A DNA stretch of 64,000 nucleotides from positions 160,001-224,000 of the forward strand of contig JAZNOU010000012.1 of the NCBI GenBank assembly GCA_045589295.1, given 5' to 3'. A program made the position numbers and the translations under genes. Below are positions 39,064 through 49,437 of the stretch, piece by piece. The notes beneath the pieces were generated by a model, which saw only the letters and a list, made by a program, of their open reading frames with translations, searched no databases and was not told the origin of the DNA. Positions within the stretch are counted from its first letter, which is position 1. Every line of letters starts with the position of its first letter. The stretch is from Clostridia bacterium. GTDB lineage: Bacteria; Bacillota; Clostridia; RGIG6154.

Positions 39064-40740
39064 ATGAAGAAAAAACTTTTTAAAATTTGCATATTACTGG
39101 CGGCAGTTTTTATCTGTCTTATTTTAGGCGCAAAAATTTCACCTGCATTTAAAAACTGTCTAAAAACAGCGCTTTTGCCTATTTTACCTGAGTCAAAGCC
39201 TGTGATTTTTTACTATGCAGATGCCAAGAAAGTGCACAGCTTAAATAACGTTGATATAAACAAAGTGGATTTTAAAGAAATTCAGAAAACAAAAGAAAAA
39301 ACTTATGTAATAAATCATTCAAGGGGATATGCATTAGAGTTTTCCAATGATACAAAGTTTGATTTTACAAAAGACAGCGACTATTTTACAGCCATCCAAA
39401 AGGATATGACAATCACTGTTTCAAAGGAGTTTTCACCATACCTTGATACAAAACAGTTTGTTGATGAGTCTTTGAATAAGTATTTTTTAAATGAAAAATT
39501 TGCTGAGCATAACAGAATTGAAATTCACAAAAATGCTATGGAAAAAATAGGGGACTACTGGATGCAGATTTCGGTTTTGTCAAGAACTAAGGCTCCTGGC
39601 AGTGAAGTTAAGTACAACACCTATGCACAGTGTATTATCTACACAGGTACAAGGCATTTTTACAGAATTTTATTTAAAACGGATAAGTATGATGAAAATC
39701 TGAAGGAGCAGATTTACAAAACTTTATACTCATTTACGGATGGCATTGAAATTAAGGGTAAATCGGGCATCTTTACTGATTTTAAACCTATTCAGAATAA
39801 AAACTGGTCGGAAGAAACTAAAAAGCTATATGATGAAATTAAAAATTCAAGCGATGTAAAATGGGGCATTTTTGTTCCGTGGGCTGTTACAAACAGTGAT
39901 TTTGAAGAAATCAAAACGATTGAAAAAGAAATAAACCATAAATTCTCAGGCGTTTTGGAGTATATGTATTTAGGGCAAAATGCACCGATTGAGGGTATGA
40001 AAAAGGCGTATGATGATGGAAAAATAATTGAACTTACTTTACAGACTTCAACCGTTATGAATCAAGATCTTGACAGTTATAACATAATGTTTGATATTAT
40101 TGACGGGAAAAAGGACGACGAGATTATGGCGTTGGCTCAAAGTTTAAAAGAATTTGAGCACCCGTTTTTGTTCAGGCTTAATAATGAAATGAATTCTGAT
40201 TGGACTACTTACGGGGGAAACGTAACTTTAAATGACCCTGAAATATTTGTCAGCGTATGGAGAAGAATTTACGACATCTTTGAAAAGGTAGGAGTAAACA
40301 ATGCTATATGGGTATTTAATCCTAACGACCAAAGCTTTCCTACAATGGGCTTTAATTCGAGCACTGCTTATTACCCGGGTAACGGATATGTGCATATTTT
40401 CGGAGTAACAGGCTACAATACAGGGACATACTATGAAGAAAAATATATGGAAAAATGGGAAGAGTTCGACGAAATTTATTCTGAAATTGTAAAGTCGAGC
40501 CAAAAAACATATGGTAAATTCCCCTGGATAATAACTGAATTTGCATCGTCAGGAATTGGCGGAGATAAAGCAAAGTGGATTGAAAATATGTTTGTTTCAA
40601 TTAAGAATTATCCGCAAATTAAAATGGCTTTCTGGTTTTCAAGCGCTGACTACGATGAAAACGGAAATGTTGCCCGTTCTTATTGGTTGAATGAAAATGA
40701 AACATGTTTGGATGCATTTAAAAGGAATTTGAATAAATAA
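39064..40740 (+). CDS. Exported protein with C-terminal GH26-like glycoside hydrolase domain
   Basis: N-terminal hydrophobic segment; FRLNNEMN, WVFNPN, YYPGNGYV, ITEFA. Confidence 0.75.
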   Translation: MKKKLFKICILLAAVFICLILGAKISPAFKNCLKTALLPILPESKPVIFYYADAKKVHSLNNVDINKVDFKEIQKTKEKTYVINHSRGYALEFSNDTKFDFTKDSDYFTAIQKDMTITVSKEFSPYLDTKQFVDESLNKYFLNEKFAEHNRIEIHKNAMEKIGDYWMQISVLSRTKAPGSEVKYNTYAQCIIYTGTRHFYRILFKTDKYDENLKEQIYKTLYSFTDGIEIKGKSGIFTDFKPIQNKNWSEETKKLYDEIKNSSDVKWGIFVPWAVTNSDFEEIKTIEKEINHKFSGVLEYMYLGQNAPIEGMKKAYDDGKIIELTLQTSTVMNQDLDSYNIMFDIIDGKKDDEIMALAQSLKEFEHPFLFRLNNEMNSDWTTYGGNVTLNDPEIFVSVWRRIYDIFEKVGVNNAIWVFNPNDQSFPTMGFNSSTAYYPGNGYVHIFGVTGYNTGTYYEEKYMEKWEEFDEIYSEIVKSSQKTYGKFPWIITEFASSGIGGDKAKWIENMFVSIKNYPQIKMAFWFSSADYDENGNVARSYWLNENETCLDAFKRNLNK

Positions 40741-40809
40741 ATTTTGGCTTTTTCAGGAGATTTCAAATGATGAAATTTTTGTGAAAAAGCCGTTCTTTTT
40801 TTAAAAAAA

Positions 40810-40838
40810 TTGACTTTATTATTTTAAAGGTGTATAAT
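40810..40838 (+). promoter_or_regulatory. sigmaA promoter of the ABC exporter pair
   Basis: TTGACT-N17-TATAAT. Confidence 0.6.
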
Positions 40839-40868
40839 TTTATAGTTAATAAAATGTTTGGAGGCAGT

Positions 40869-42605
40869 ATGATAAAGGAACTTTCAAAATGCATAGGTAA
40901 GTATAAATTGCCGTCAATTTTATCACCTCTTTTCATAACAGGAGAGGTTATACTGGAGGTTTTAATTCCATTTTTGATGGCAACTATTATTGACGAGGGC
41001 ATAAATAAAGGAAATATGAAGGTTGTAACGGTGACAGGTGCAGTTTTGACGTTTTTGGCGCTTTTATCACTTGTTTGCGGTGCACTTTCAGGAAAATATG
41101 CAGCGATTGCATCAGCGGGTTTTGCGAAAAATTTAAGAAAGAAAATGTTTTTTAAAATTCAGGACTACTCTTTTAAAAACATTGATAAGTTTTCAACGGC
41201 AAGCTTAGTCACAAGAATGACAACTGATGTTACAAATATTCAAAACTCTTATCAGATGATTATACGTGTTGCGGTGCGTTCGCCGATTATGATGGTAACT
41301 TCTTTGGTTATGGCGTTTTCGGTACACACTAAGCTTTCTTTAATTTTTCTTGCAATTCTTCCTGTTTTAGGTATAGGACTTTATCTTATTATGACAAATG
41401 CTCACCCTATTTTTGAAAGAGTTTTTAAAATTTATGATAAGTTAAACACAATCGTTCAGGAGAATTTAAGAGGTATCCGTGTTGTTAAGGCTTATGTAAG
41501 AGAAGAATACGAAAAAGATAAGTTTTTTGATGCCTCAGAGGGAATGTATCAGGGCTTTTCAAATGCGGATAAGCTTTTAGCATACAATGCGCCTTTAATG
41601 CAATTTTGCGTGTATACGGCCATGCTTTTGATTTCGTGGTTTGGTGCACACTTAATTGTAAGTGACGTTTTTACAACAGGTAAGCTTGTAACACTTATTT
41701 CCTATGTAATGCAAATTCTTCACAGCCTTATGATGCTTTCAATGATATTTGTTATGATTACCATGTCAAAGGCATCAGCTAAAAGAATTGTTGAAGTTAT
41801 AAAAGAGGAACCTGATATTAAAAATCCTGAAAATCCTGTTATGGAAGTAAAATCAGGTGATATTACATTTGAAAATGTACATTTTGGATATTCTGAAAAC
41901 AAAAATTGTTTGCAAAACATTAACTTAAACATTAAAAGCGGAGAAACAATTGGCATTTTAGGTGAAACGGGAAGCGGAAAATCAAGCCTTGTTCAGCTTA
42001 TTTCAAGACTTTATGACGCAACCGAAGGAAGCGTTAAGGTTGGCGGAGTAGACGTAAGAGATTATGATATTGCCGTTCTTCGCGATGCGGTTTCTGTTGT
42101 TTTGCAGAAAAACGTACTTTTTTCAGGTACAATAAAAGAGAATTTAAGATGGGGTAACAAAGAGGCAACTGATGAAGAAATTGTAAATGCCTGCCGTCTT
42201 GCTCAGGCAGATGAGTTTATAAATTCGTTTCCTGATAAATATGATACTTTTATCGAACAGGGAGGAAGCAATGTGTCGGGCGGACAAAAACAAAGACTTT
42301 GTATTGCCCGTGCGCTTTTGAAAAATCCTAAAATCTTAATTTTAGATGACTCAACAAGTGCGGTTGACACAAGGACAGATGCAGCCTTAAGAAAAGCATT
42401 CAAGGAGGCAATCCCAAGTACAACCAAGCTTATTATTGCCCAAAGAATTTCATCTGTTATGGATGCAGATAAAATTATTGTTATTGATGGCGGAAAAATT
42501 TCAGCATTCGGCACACACGACGTGCTAATTAAAACTAACGAAATATACAAGCAGGTGTACGAATCTCAAAGTAAAGGGGGATTAAGCGATGGGACCGATG
42601 CCTAG
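40869..42605 (+). CDS. Heterodimeric ABC exporter subunit (degenerate site)
   Basis: GETGSGKS, VSGGQKQR, ILDDSTSA; ATG 40869 follows GGAGG. Confidence 0.92.
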   Translation: MIKELSKCIGKYKLPSILSPLFITGEVILEVLIPFLMATIIDEGINKGNMKVVTVTGAVLTFLALLSLVCGALSGKYAAIASAGFAKNLRKKMFFKIQDYSFKNIDKFSTASLVTRMTTDVTNIQNSYQMIIRVAVRSPIMMVTSLVMAFSVHTKLSLIFLAILPVLGIGLYLIMTNAHPIFERVFKIYDKLNTIVQENLRGIRVVKAYVREEYEKDKFFDASEGMYQGFSNADKLLAYNAPLMQFCVYTAMLLISWFGAHLIVSDVFTTGKLVTLISYVMQILHSLMMLSMIFVMITMSKASAKRIVEVIKEEPDIKNPENPVMEVKSGDITFENVHFGYSENKNCLQNINLNIKSGETIGILGETGSGKSSLVQLISRLYDATEGSVKVGGVDVRDYDIAVLRDAVSVVLQKNVLFSGTIKENLRWGNKEATDEEIVNACRLAQADEFINSFPDKYDTFIEQGGSNVSGGQKQRLCIARALLKNPKILILDDSTSAVDTRTDAALRKAFKEAIPSTTKLIIAQRISSVMDADKIIVIDGGKISAFGTHDVLIKTNEIYKQVYESQSKGGLSDGTDA

Positions 42606-44496
42606 AGGACCGAGAGGCAGAATGATGCATGGCAAAAAAGCTAAAAACCCTAAAAAGACATTAAAAAGACTTCTTGGAATAATTATAAAAGAGAACAGGT
42701 TTAAGTTTATCGGAGTTATAGTAGGAATAGTTGTAAGCGCACTTACAGGTGTTGCAGGCTCTATGTTTACAGGTGTTTTGATTGACGACTACATTGTTCC
42801 CTTAACACGCATGCAAAACCCAGTGTTTGGCGGACTTTTAAAAGCAATTTTAATGATGGCGGTTATTTATTTCATAGGTCTTATTGCAACTTTTGCATAT
42901 AACAGATTTATGGTTACAATTACGCAAGGTACGCTTAAAAAAGTGAGAGATGATATGTTCTCGCACATGCAAACGCTCCCCATCAAGTATTTTGATACTC
43001 ATTCACACGGCGATATTATGAGCCATTACACAAATGATGCCGACACACTCCGTCAGCTTATTTCTCAGAGTATTCCTCAGATGTTTTCATCATTAATTAC
43101 TATTGTTTCGGTATTTTGCGCTATGGTGTCAAAAAGCATATATTTAACTTTATTTGTGCTTGTGTTTATCTTTTTTATGACTAAAATTGCAGGTACTGTG
43201 GGACGCAGAAGCGGCAAAAACTTTGCGGCACAACAAAAAACCATAGGTAAGCTTAATGGATATATTGAAGAAACAATTCACGGGCAAAAGGTGGTTAAGG
43301 TTTTCTGCCATGAAAATGAAGCTAAACAAAAAATGGAAATGCTCAACGAAGAGCTTTGCCAAAATGCAACAAAAGCTAACACTTATGCAAATATTTTAAT
43401 GCCTATTATGGGCAATTTAGGCCATCTTCAGTATGTTTTAATTGCAGTTATCGGAGGACTTTTTGCAATTTATAATGTTGGTGGGGTAACAGTTGGTGTA
43501 ATTGCGACTTTTTTGCAACTGAGCAAAAACTTTTCAATGACAGTTACACAGATATCACAGCAGATTAATTCTGTTGTAATGGCACTTGCAGGTGCTGAAA
43601 GAATTTTTGAAGTAATGGACCAAGAGCCTGAAGCAGATGACGGATATGTAACTTTGGTTAATGCAAAATATGACGGCGAAAATTTGACAGAAACTGAAAA
43701 AAGAACAGGCATCTGGGCGTGGAAACATCCTCACGAAGACGGAAGCATAACATATAAGGAACTTAAAGGTGACGTAAGATTTTATGATGTGGACTTTGGC
43801 TACACAGAGGAAAAAGTTGTGCTGAAAAATGTTTCTATTTATGCAAAGCCGGGCCAGACAGTTGCATTTGTAGGTGCAACCGGGGCTGGGAAAACCACCA
43901 TCACTAATCTTATAAACAGATTTTATGATTTGGCAGATGGCAAGATAAGATACGACGATATTAACATTAATAAAATCAAAAAGAGAGATTTAAGACGTTC
44001 ACTTGGTATTGTGCTTCAGGATACAAATCTGTTTACCGGTACAGTTATGGAAAACATTAGGTACGGAAAACTTGATGCTACAGATGAAGAAGTTTATGCG
44101 GCAGCACGCCTTGCAAATGCAGATGGTTTTATAAATATGCTTCCACAAGGGTATAACACACATCTTTCAGGTGACGGCTTGGGGCTTTCACAAGGTCAGC
44201 GTCAGCTTTTAGCTATCGCAAGGGCTGCGGTAGCAGATGCTCCTGTTATGATTTTGGATGAGGCAACATCAAGCATTGACACAAGAACCGAGGCAATTGT
44301 TCAAAGCGGTATGCAAAAGCTTATGAACGGCAGAACGGTATTTATTATCGCCCATCGACTTTCAACTGTTCAAAATGCAGATGTTATTATGGTATTGGAG
44401 CAGGGAAGAATAATAGAGCGCGGTAACCACGAGGAATTAATTGCGCAAAAGGGCAAATACTATCAGCTTTATACTGGTGCATTTGAATTGGAATAA
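42589..44496 (+). CDS. Heterodimeric ABC exporter subunit (consensus site)
   Basis: GATGAGKT, LSQGQRQ, ILDEATSS, AHRLST. Confidence 0.92.
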   Translation: MGPMPRGPRGRMMHGKKAKNPKKTLKRLLGIIIKENRFKFIGVIVGIVVSALTGVAGSMFTGVLIDDYIVPLTRMQNPVFGGLLKAILMMAVIYFIGLIATFAYNRFMVTITQGTLKKVRDDMFSHMQTLPIKYFDTHSHGDIMSHYTNDADTLRQLISQSIPQMFSSLITIVSVFCAMVSKSIYLTLFVLVFIFFMTKIAGTVGRRSGKNFAAQQKTIGKLNGYIEETIHGQKVVKVFCHENEAKQKMEMLNEELCQNATKANTYANILMPIMGNLGHLQYVLIAVIGGLFAIYNVGGVTVGVIATFLQLSKNFSMTVTQISQQINSVVMALAGAERIFEVMDQEPEADDGYVTLVNAKYDGENLTETEKRTGIWAWKHPHEDGSITYKELKGDVRFYDVDFGYTEEKVVLKNVSIYAKPGQTVAFVGATGAGKTTITNLINRFYDLADGKIRYDDININKIKKRDLRRSLGIVLQDTNLFTGTVMENIRYGKLDATDEEVYAAARLANADGFINMLPQGYNTHLSGDGLGLSQGQRQLLAIARAAVADAPVMILDEATSSIDTRTEAIVQSGMQKLMNGRTVFIIAHRLSTVQNADVIMVLEQGRIIERGNHEELIAQKGKYYQLYTGAFELE

Positions 44497-44506
44497 AAAG
44501 CAAGTA

Positions 44507-44542
44507 AAAAAGGTTGTAAAACTTTACGTTTTACAACCTTTT
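44507..44542. terminator. Bidirectional terminator
   Basis: AAAAGGTTGTAAAA...TTTTACAACCTTTT between convergent genes. Confidence 0.8.
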
Positions 44543-44544
44543 AA

Positions 44545-45369
44545 TTATAGTTTATTTAAATATATTTCTTCACCTGGTTTGATTTCTAATGTAATACCGC
44601 TATTTATAAAGTCCTGATCGCTGTAAATGAGCGAGAGTGTGGTTGCGGTAGGGTTATAGATATAATTACTGTCAACCGACATAATAAGACTTTTAAATGC
44701 AGAAATGTAGTCGCAAATTTCAATGTTTGTAGCAAGCCATATATCATCACACGCAGTTACTTTTTTGAAAATATTTTCCATTACTTCCCAGTTGTTGTCT
44801 CTGTCTAATTCATAAGCATGACCATAAATATAGAACATAGTGCATTGGTTAAACAAGGGCGGGTTATATGCTAAGAAACCGTCACAAAGCTCCATAATTT
44901 TCGGGTTTAAAACAGAACAGGTCGGATTGAGATAATACCAATCATTTGGAAGCGAAAATTTTTCAGACTGAACGGCGGTTCTTGCATACTTGATTCCGCA
45001 GTTTTCCAAAAGAGCGGGAGTTTTACTGTTGTATGCAGTATATGGATATGCAAACCCTCTTACGGTCTTTCCAAAAACGCGTTCAAGATTTTCTCTGTCT
45101 TTAATTACTTCGTATGTAGCAGTCTGAGGTGCTACCCTGTCAAGATAAGCGTGAGTAAGGCAATGTACTGCAACTTCGTGACCTGCGTATAGCTCTTTTG
45201 CATCTTTCATGCTGGTGAATTTCTTTTCACCGCTGTTTAAGTTGAATGTGCCTTTTACACCATATTTGTTCATAAGTGCAATAAGAGGTCTATCCTGTGG
45301 CCATCCATCGTCAAAACTTAAAGTAAATGCTCTTCTTTTTCCACCCGGGAAAATTGGGTAAATTGCCAT
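44545..45369 (-). CDS. Polysaccharide deacetylase (CE4/NodB-like), cytoplasmic
   Basis: LSFDDG, HEVAVHCLTH, FAYPY, YGHAYE. Confidence 0.85.
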   Translation of the reverse strand: MAIYPIFPGGKRRAFTLSFDDGWPQDRPLIALMNKYGVKGTFNLNSGEKKFTSMKDAKELYAGHEVAVHCLTHAYLDRVAPQTATYEVIKDRENLERVFGKTVRGFAYPYTAYNSKTPALLENCGIKYARTAVQSEKFSLPNDWYYLNPTCSVLNPKIMELCDGFLAYNPPLFNQCTMFYIYGHAYELDRDNNWEVMENIFKKVTACDDIWLATNIEICDYISAFKSLIMSVDSNYIYNPTATTLSLIYSDQDFINSGITLEIKPGEEIYLNKL

Positions 45370-45427
45370 TTTTATCACCTTTTTTCGTTTTTTTTCATTA
45401 TATCACAGTTGGTGATGATAGTCAATA

Positions 45428-46333
45428 TTACACAAAAAATCTTCCAAAAGAAAAAAGCCCGTAGCCAAGCTGGTTGTCTTTGCCGTAAAAACCCAAATCA
45501 TCGGCATAAATGTTCATAACAAGGCTAAGCTCATCAGGGGTTAAAAATCGACCAAAGCGTATTTTAGATTTACCCTGAAGAATTGCGGCTGCACCTGAAA
45601 TTAAAGGCGTTGCCATTGAAGTCCCGCTTAAAACCGCATAAGTGTTATTTTTGTAGGTTGAAAGAATATTTGTGCCTGCAGCTGCAACTTGAGCCTTTTG
45701 CCCCTGTGAAGAAAAAGGCGCTCTGTTTAAATTCATATCAACTGCGGTTACTGCTATTACCTTATCATATTTTGCCGGATATCCTATGGTGTCTTCATCA
45801 TCATTGCCACCATCATTGCCTGCAGCGCCTACCAAAATAATTCCATTTTCATAGCATTTTCTTATCATCATTTTCTCATATTCGTTGGGTTTGTCTGCTG
45901 AAAATGACATATTTATAACGTGTACTTTTTTTGAAATAAGCCAGTCAAAGCTTTTGATAATGCTTTCTGTTTCTGCGTTACCTTTCTCATTAAAAGCTTT
46001 TGCAACATAAAGGTCGCATTTTGGTGCAGCTCCCACAATGCCTATTCCGTTTTTATTTGCACATATTGTTCCTGCCACGTGTGTTCCATGACCGTTTGTG
46101 TCTTTTACATCTTTTTCATCTTTAGAGGTAAAGTTAATATATTCTTTTATTCTTCCCCTTAAATCCTCGTGGTCCAGATCTATTCCGGTATCAATTATGC
46201 CAACCTTTATGCCTTCCCCCATTGTTTCGTGCCATTCATACGTAACCCCAAGCATTTTTACTCCGTAGTCGATGGTTTCTTTAGGGAGGTGTCCTGAGGT
46301 TGCCAGAATTTTATAATCAGAAATTTTATACAT
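45428..46333 (-). CDS. S8 subtilisin-like peptidase without signal peptide
   Basis: Catalytic triad in IIDTG, HGTHVAG, GTSMATP; AAGN oxyanion motif. Confidence 0.93.
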   Translation of the reverse strand: MYKISDYKILATSGHLPKETIDYGVKMLGVTYEWHETMGEGIKVGIIDTGIDLDHEDLRGRIKEYINFTSKDEKDVKDTNGHGTHVAGTICANKNGIGIVGAAPKCDLYVAKAFNEKGNAETESIIKSFDWLISKKVHVINMSFSADKPNEYEKMMIRKCYENGIILVGAAGNDGGNDDEDTIGYPAKYDKVIAVTAVDMNLNRAPFSSQGQKAQVAAAGTNILSTYKNNTYAVLSGTSMATPLISGAAAILQGKSKIRFGRFLTPDELSLVMNIYADDLGFYGKDNQLGYGLFSFGRFFV

Positions 46334-46336
46334 AAA

Positions 46337-46382
46337 AACTCCCCTTTAAAGCCAATATATGACTTTTTAAGGGGAGTTGTGA
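46337..46382 (-). promoter_or_regulatory. Terminator hairpin that includes the S8 RBS, with a sigK-like promoter inside
   Basis: Perfect 10-bp arms AACTCCCCTT/AAGGGGAGTT; minus strand reads TCACA-N16-CATATATT. Confidence 0.5.
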
Positions 46383-46400
46383 TTACTATTAATTTATGAC

Positions 46401-47894
46401 CTATATTTCAAGTGAAGTTTCCGAAACAGGGAGCATAATATCTGATTTTGCTGATTTGTTCATCACTTCAATTGCAGAATCGCAAATCTTTTGTGCAAGT
46501 TTTATTATAAATTCATCGTCCATTAAAAGTGCAAGGTCACTTTGGTTTGACATAAATGCACTTTCTACAATGATTGAAGGCATATTCGCCTTGTATATAA
46601 CAATGTAACGTGGATTATCCAAAAGTCCTGCTTTTCTTAAACCAAGGGATGCGATGTTGTTATAAAAAATTCCTGAAATTTCGCGGTTTGTAATATCAGA
46701 AAATTCTGCAGTGGATGATGCGTAGCAAATTTGTACACCGTTGGCATCGCTGCTTTCTGCCGCGTTGTTATGGAGTGACATATAGAAATGTGCACCCATT
46801 TCGTTTGCTATTTCAGGACGGCGGGATACTGAGATGGCTTCATCATCTGTCCTTACCATATAGGTGTTAACTCCATTATTTATAAGCATTTCATTTACTA
46901 AGAGAGCAAGTTTGATATTAACATCTTTTTCGTAAATATCTTTGCCGTTCCATTTCCCTATTGTGCCGACTTCGCTTCCGCCATGACCGGGGTCGATAAA
47001 CAAAAGCTTGTCTTTGGCAGAATCTTTAAGGGTTAAGTGGCTTACATATGAGCCAGCCTCTGAAATGTCACTGCCTGCTGTAGTATTATTTTTAAAAGTA
47101 ATAACAAGATTTTTGCCTGACTTTGAAAGAGTGTAGTTTGCAAATTCTTTTAAGTCTATAACAATTCTCGTTGTATTTTCTGAGAACTGACCGCTTCTTA
47201 TACTTGAAATATTAGGGTTTTCACTTTTGTATGTAGAAGCGTTACCCATAAGTGAGCAGTTTTTAAAGTCAAAAACAATTCTTGCGGGATTTTCAAGTTT
47301 TAGAACAGAGGGGGTAATGCTTGATACACCGCTTAATGTAATTGTTGTTTGAGTGCTTGTGTCTCTTACTGAAATTTCTGACAAAAGATGCTCATTTTCA
47401 AGTTGGGGTATGTCAGGTTCCGGCTCCGGTTCGGGAGTTGGTTCAGGTTCTGGCTCAGGTAGTGGAGTTATGTCTTTACCTACTATTGAAACGGTAGAGG
47501 TGGTATCGTTCCAGCTTACCTGCATATTAAGCTCGGTTGCAACAAATCTTACAGGAATAAGGGTTCTACCGTTAACGATTTTTGCAGGAACGTCAAGATT
47601 TTTGATGTCAGTGTTTACAACAGATATTGTTTTTTCTGCAAAGAGCATTATCACTGTGGTGTCATATTTAATTGTAACACATTTTGTAGCAGGCTCCCAT
47701 GACACTGTGGCTCCCAAATCCTCAAACACTGCTCTTGCAGGGATAAGCGTTCTTCCGTTTTCAATAATGGGTGCAGTGTCTGTTTTAACTGCTTCGCCGT
47801 TTACTTCTAAAGTAATAGCCCTGTCTGCTAAAACAGGGGTAAATATATTTAAAATAATTACTATTGCCAAAACTAGTGGTTTTATTATTTTCAT
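46401..47894 (-). CDS. N-acetylmuramoyl-L-alanine amidase (Cu-amine-oxidase-N-like + AMIN + Amidase_3)
   Basis: Signal peptide; GRTLIP twice; PE-repeat linker; LENPARIVFD; IDPGHGG, SLHNN, IVESAFMSN. Confidence 0.92.
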   Translation of the reverse strand: MKIIKPLVLAIVIILNIFTPVLADRAITLEVNGEAVKTDTAPIIENGRTLIPARAVFEDLGATVSWEPATKCVTIKYDTTVIMLFAEKTISVVNTDIKNLDVPAKIVNGRTLIPVRFVATELNMQVSWNDTTSTVSIVGKDITPLPEPEPEPTPEPEPEPDIPQLENEHLLSEISVRDTSTQTTITLSGVSSITPSVLKLENPARIVFDFKNCSLMGNASTYKSENPNISSIRSGQFSENTTRIVIDLKEFANYTLSKSGKNLVITFKNNTTAGSDISEAGSYVSHLTLKDSAKDKLLFIDPGHGGSEVGTIGKWNGKDIYEKDVNIKLALLVNEMLINNGVNTYMVRTDDEAISVSRRPEIANEMGAHFYMSLHNNAAESSDANGVQICYASSTAEFSDITNREISGIFYNNIASLGLRKAGLLDNPRYIVIYKANMPSIIVESAFMSNQSDLALLMDDEFIIKLAQKICDSAIEVMNKSAKSDIMLPVSETSLEI

Positions 47895-47968
47895 AGCACA
47901 CCTCGCTATTCTAATAATAACAGAAAAAGTGAGCTATTTCAATATTTTTCACCAAATTTCCATAAATT

Positions 47969-48448
47969 TTATAAAGTGATACTTTCTGTATCGCTGTTGG
48001 TTAGTTTAATAAGGTCAGATGGATTAAGTTCCATTTGATATCCCGGTTTTCCCGCGCTTACCAGCATTGTAGACAGCTCAAGACAGCTTGAGTCAATAAC
48101 TGTTTTAAACGGTTTTTTCATACCAACAGGCGAACACCCGCCCCTGATATAGCCTGTGATTTTTGTAATGTCGGAAAGTTTGATAAGCTCAATGCTTTTT
48201 TCACCTACAACCCGTGCACACGCTTTAAGGTCAAGCTCTTTTGCTACGGGAACTACAAAAACAAAATGTTGCTTTGATGCGCCAACGCATACTATGGTTT
48301 TAAAAACCATATTTTGTGGCATGCCTGTTATTCGTGCAATTTCAGTTCCATCCAAAAAATCTTTGCATTCATAAGTGTGCATAACATAGTCTATATTGTT
48401 TGTTTCTAAAATTCTTAATGCGTTTGTTTTAAAATTTGCTTTTACCAT
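47969..48448 (-). CDS. ybaK: Cys-tRNA(Pro) deacylase YbaK
   Basis: KTNALRIL, VFKTIV, TGYIRGGCSPVG, VSAGKPG. Confidence 0.92.
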   Translation of the reverse strand: MVKANFKTNALRILETNNIDYVMHTYECKDFLDGTEIARITGMPQNMVFKTIVCVGASKQHFVFVVPVAKELDLKACARVVGEKSIELIKLSDITKITGYIRGGCSPVGMKKPFKTVIDSSCLELSTMLVSAGKPGYQMELNPSDLIKLTNSDTESITL

Positions 48449-48490
48449 TTTAATCACCTGATAAAAGTATACAACAGTTTTAAGAAAAAT

Positions 48491-48512
48491 AAAGCGACTT
48501 GGAAAGTCGCTT
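48491..48512 (-). terminator. Terminator after the YspA/SLOG gene
   Basis: AAGCGACTT-gga-AAGTCGCTT with a T-rich tail on the minus strand. Confidence 0.65.
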
Positions 48513-49011
48513 AAAAATTGATTATAACTATTTTTTTGTTAAGACTTTTTGCGTAGCGGATTGTGTATGCAGTGCCCCCTGTTGGTGGATTATCGCATAT
48601 GGCAATAACAAGGGAAGAATTATCAACCATATATCTGTTTCTGGCAAAGTAGGCCTCTTTCGAGTTTTGTGAGTCAAGGATAATTTGTTCGTCACTTTGT
48701 TTTAATATGTTTTTATATCGTTTTTGCTGGTCAAATGTCCAGGAAACAGGCTGGTCTTTGTAGGGGATTGCACATATAAGTTTGATTTGTGGGTAGTTAC
48801 TTTTGAGTTCCAATACCGCCTCGGCGGCCCAGGTGTCAACGCCTAGAGCCATTCCTGTTATAAAGTTTCTATATCCTGCCATAATTGCAAGTTCAATTTT
48901 GTCATATAGTTTGTTTTTTAAGTTTACGCAATCATTGTCCGTTTCATCAAATTTGAAAGAAAAACTCTGAGGCCGTTTTCCTGTGAAACAACAAGTTTTA
49001 TTTATATCCAT
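48511..49011 (-). CDS. SLOG family protein (YspA/DUF1273-like)
   Basis: CCFTGKRP, FITGMALGVD, RNRYMVDNS, GGTAYTIRYA. Confidence 0.88.
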   Translation of the reverse strand: MDINKTCCFTGKRPQSFSFKFDETDNDCVNLKNKLYDKIELAIMAGYRNFITGMALGVDTWAAEAVLELKSNYPQIKLICAIPYKDQPVSWTFDQQKRYKNILKQSDEQIILDSQNSKEAYFARNRYMVDNSSLVIAICDNPPTGGTAYTIRYAKSLNKKIVIINF

Positions 49012-49081
49012 AATTCACCTCGTAAAGTAAGATAAATAAATTATAGTTTATGAGATTATTAAAGTCAACAATATGTTGAAA

Positions 49082-49121
49082 GTTACACAACGTAACATAT
49101 TAAATGTAACAAATTGTTACA
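49082..49121. promoter_or_regulatory. Two dyad sites between divergent SLOG and XRE genes
   Basis: GTTAC-N5-GTAAC (49082-49096) and perfect TGTAACA-aat-TGTTACA (49105-49121). Confidence 0.55.
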
Positions 49122-49142
49122 ATAATGTCAAGAGGTGTTTTG

Positions 49143-49346
49143 ATGATCGGGTTAAAGAAAGTAAGGCAGGAAAGAAACTTAAATCAGCTTAAGGTTGCTA
49201 TGGATTTAAATATTTCACGCGAAGCACTTTCGCATTATGAAACGGGAAGACGTGAGCCGAGTATCGATATGTTAAGAAAACTGTCGGCATATTTTAATGT
49301 ATCAATAGATTATCTTATAAACGGTAAAGAGTTTTCTGGAAAATAA
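49143..49346 (+). CDS. XRE-family HTH transcriptional regulator
   Basis: LKKVRQERNLNQLKVA..ISREALSHYETGRREPS..FNVSIDYL; start may be 49125, 49140 or 49143. Confidence 0.88.
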   Translation: MIGLKKVRQERNLNQLKVAMDLNISREALSHYETGRREPSIDMLRKLSAYFNVSIDYLINGKEFSGK

Positions 49347-49377
49347 CTTTATAGAGCGAAAAATTTACAAAAACATC

Positions 49378-49406
49378 TTTACAAAATAAAAATATTGTGA
49401 TATAAT
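49378..49406 (+). promoter_or_regulatory. sigmaA promoter of tRNA-Lys
   Basis: TTTACA-N17-TATAAT with extended TG. Confidence 0.7.
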
Positions 49407-49437
49407 ACCATTTCGTGAGGGCGATACGCTTTAACAT

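Noticed and set aside
47353-47979. 208-aa plus-strand ORF with GSGSGS repeats
   Set aside because: Antisense shadow of the amidase PEPEPE linker
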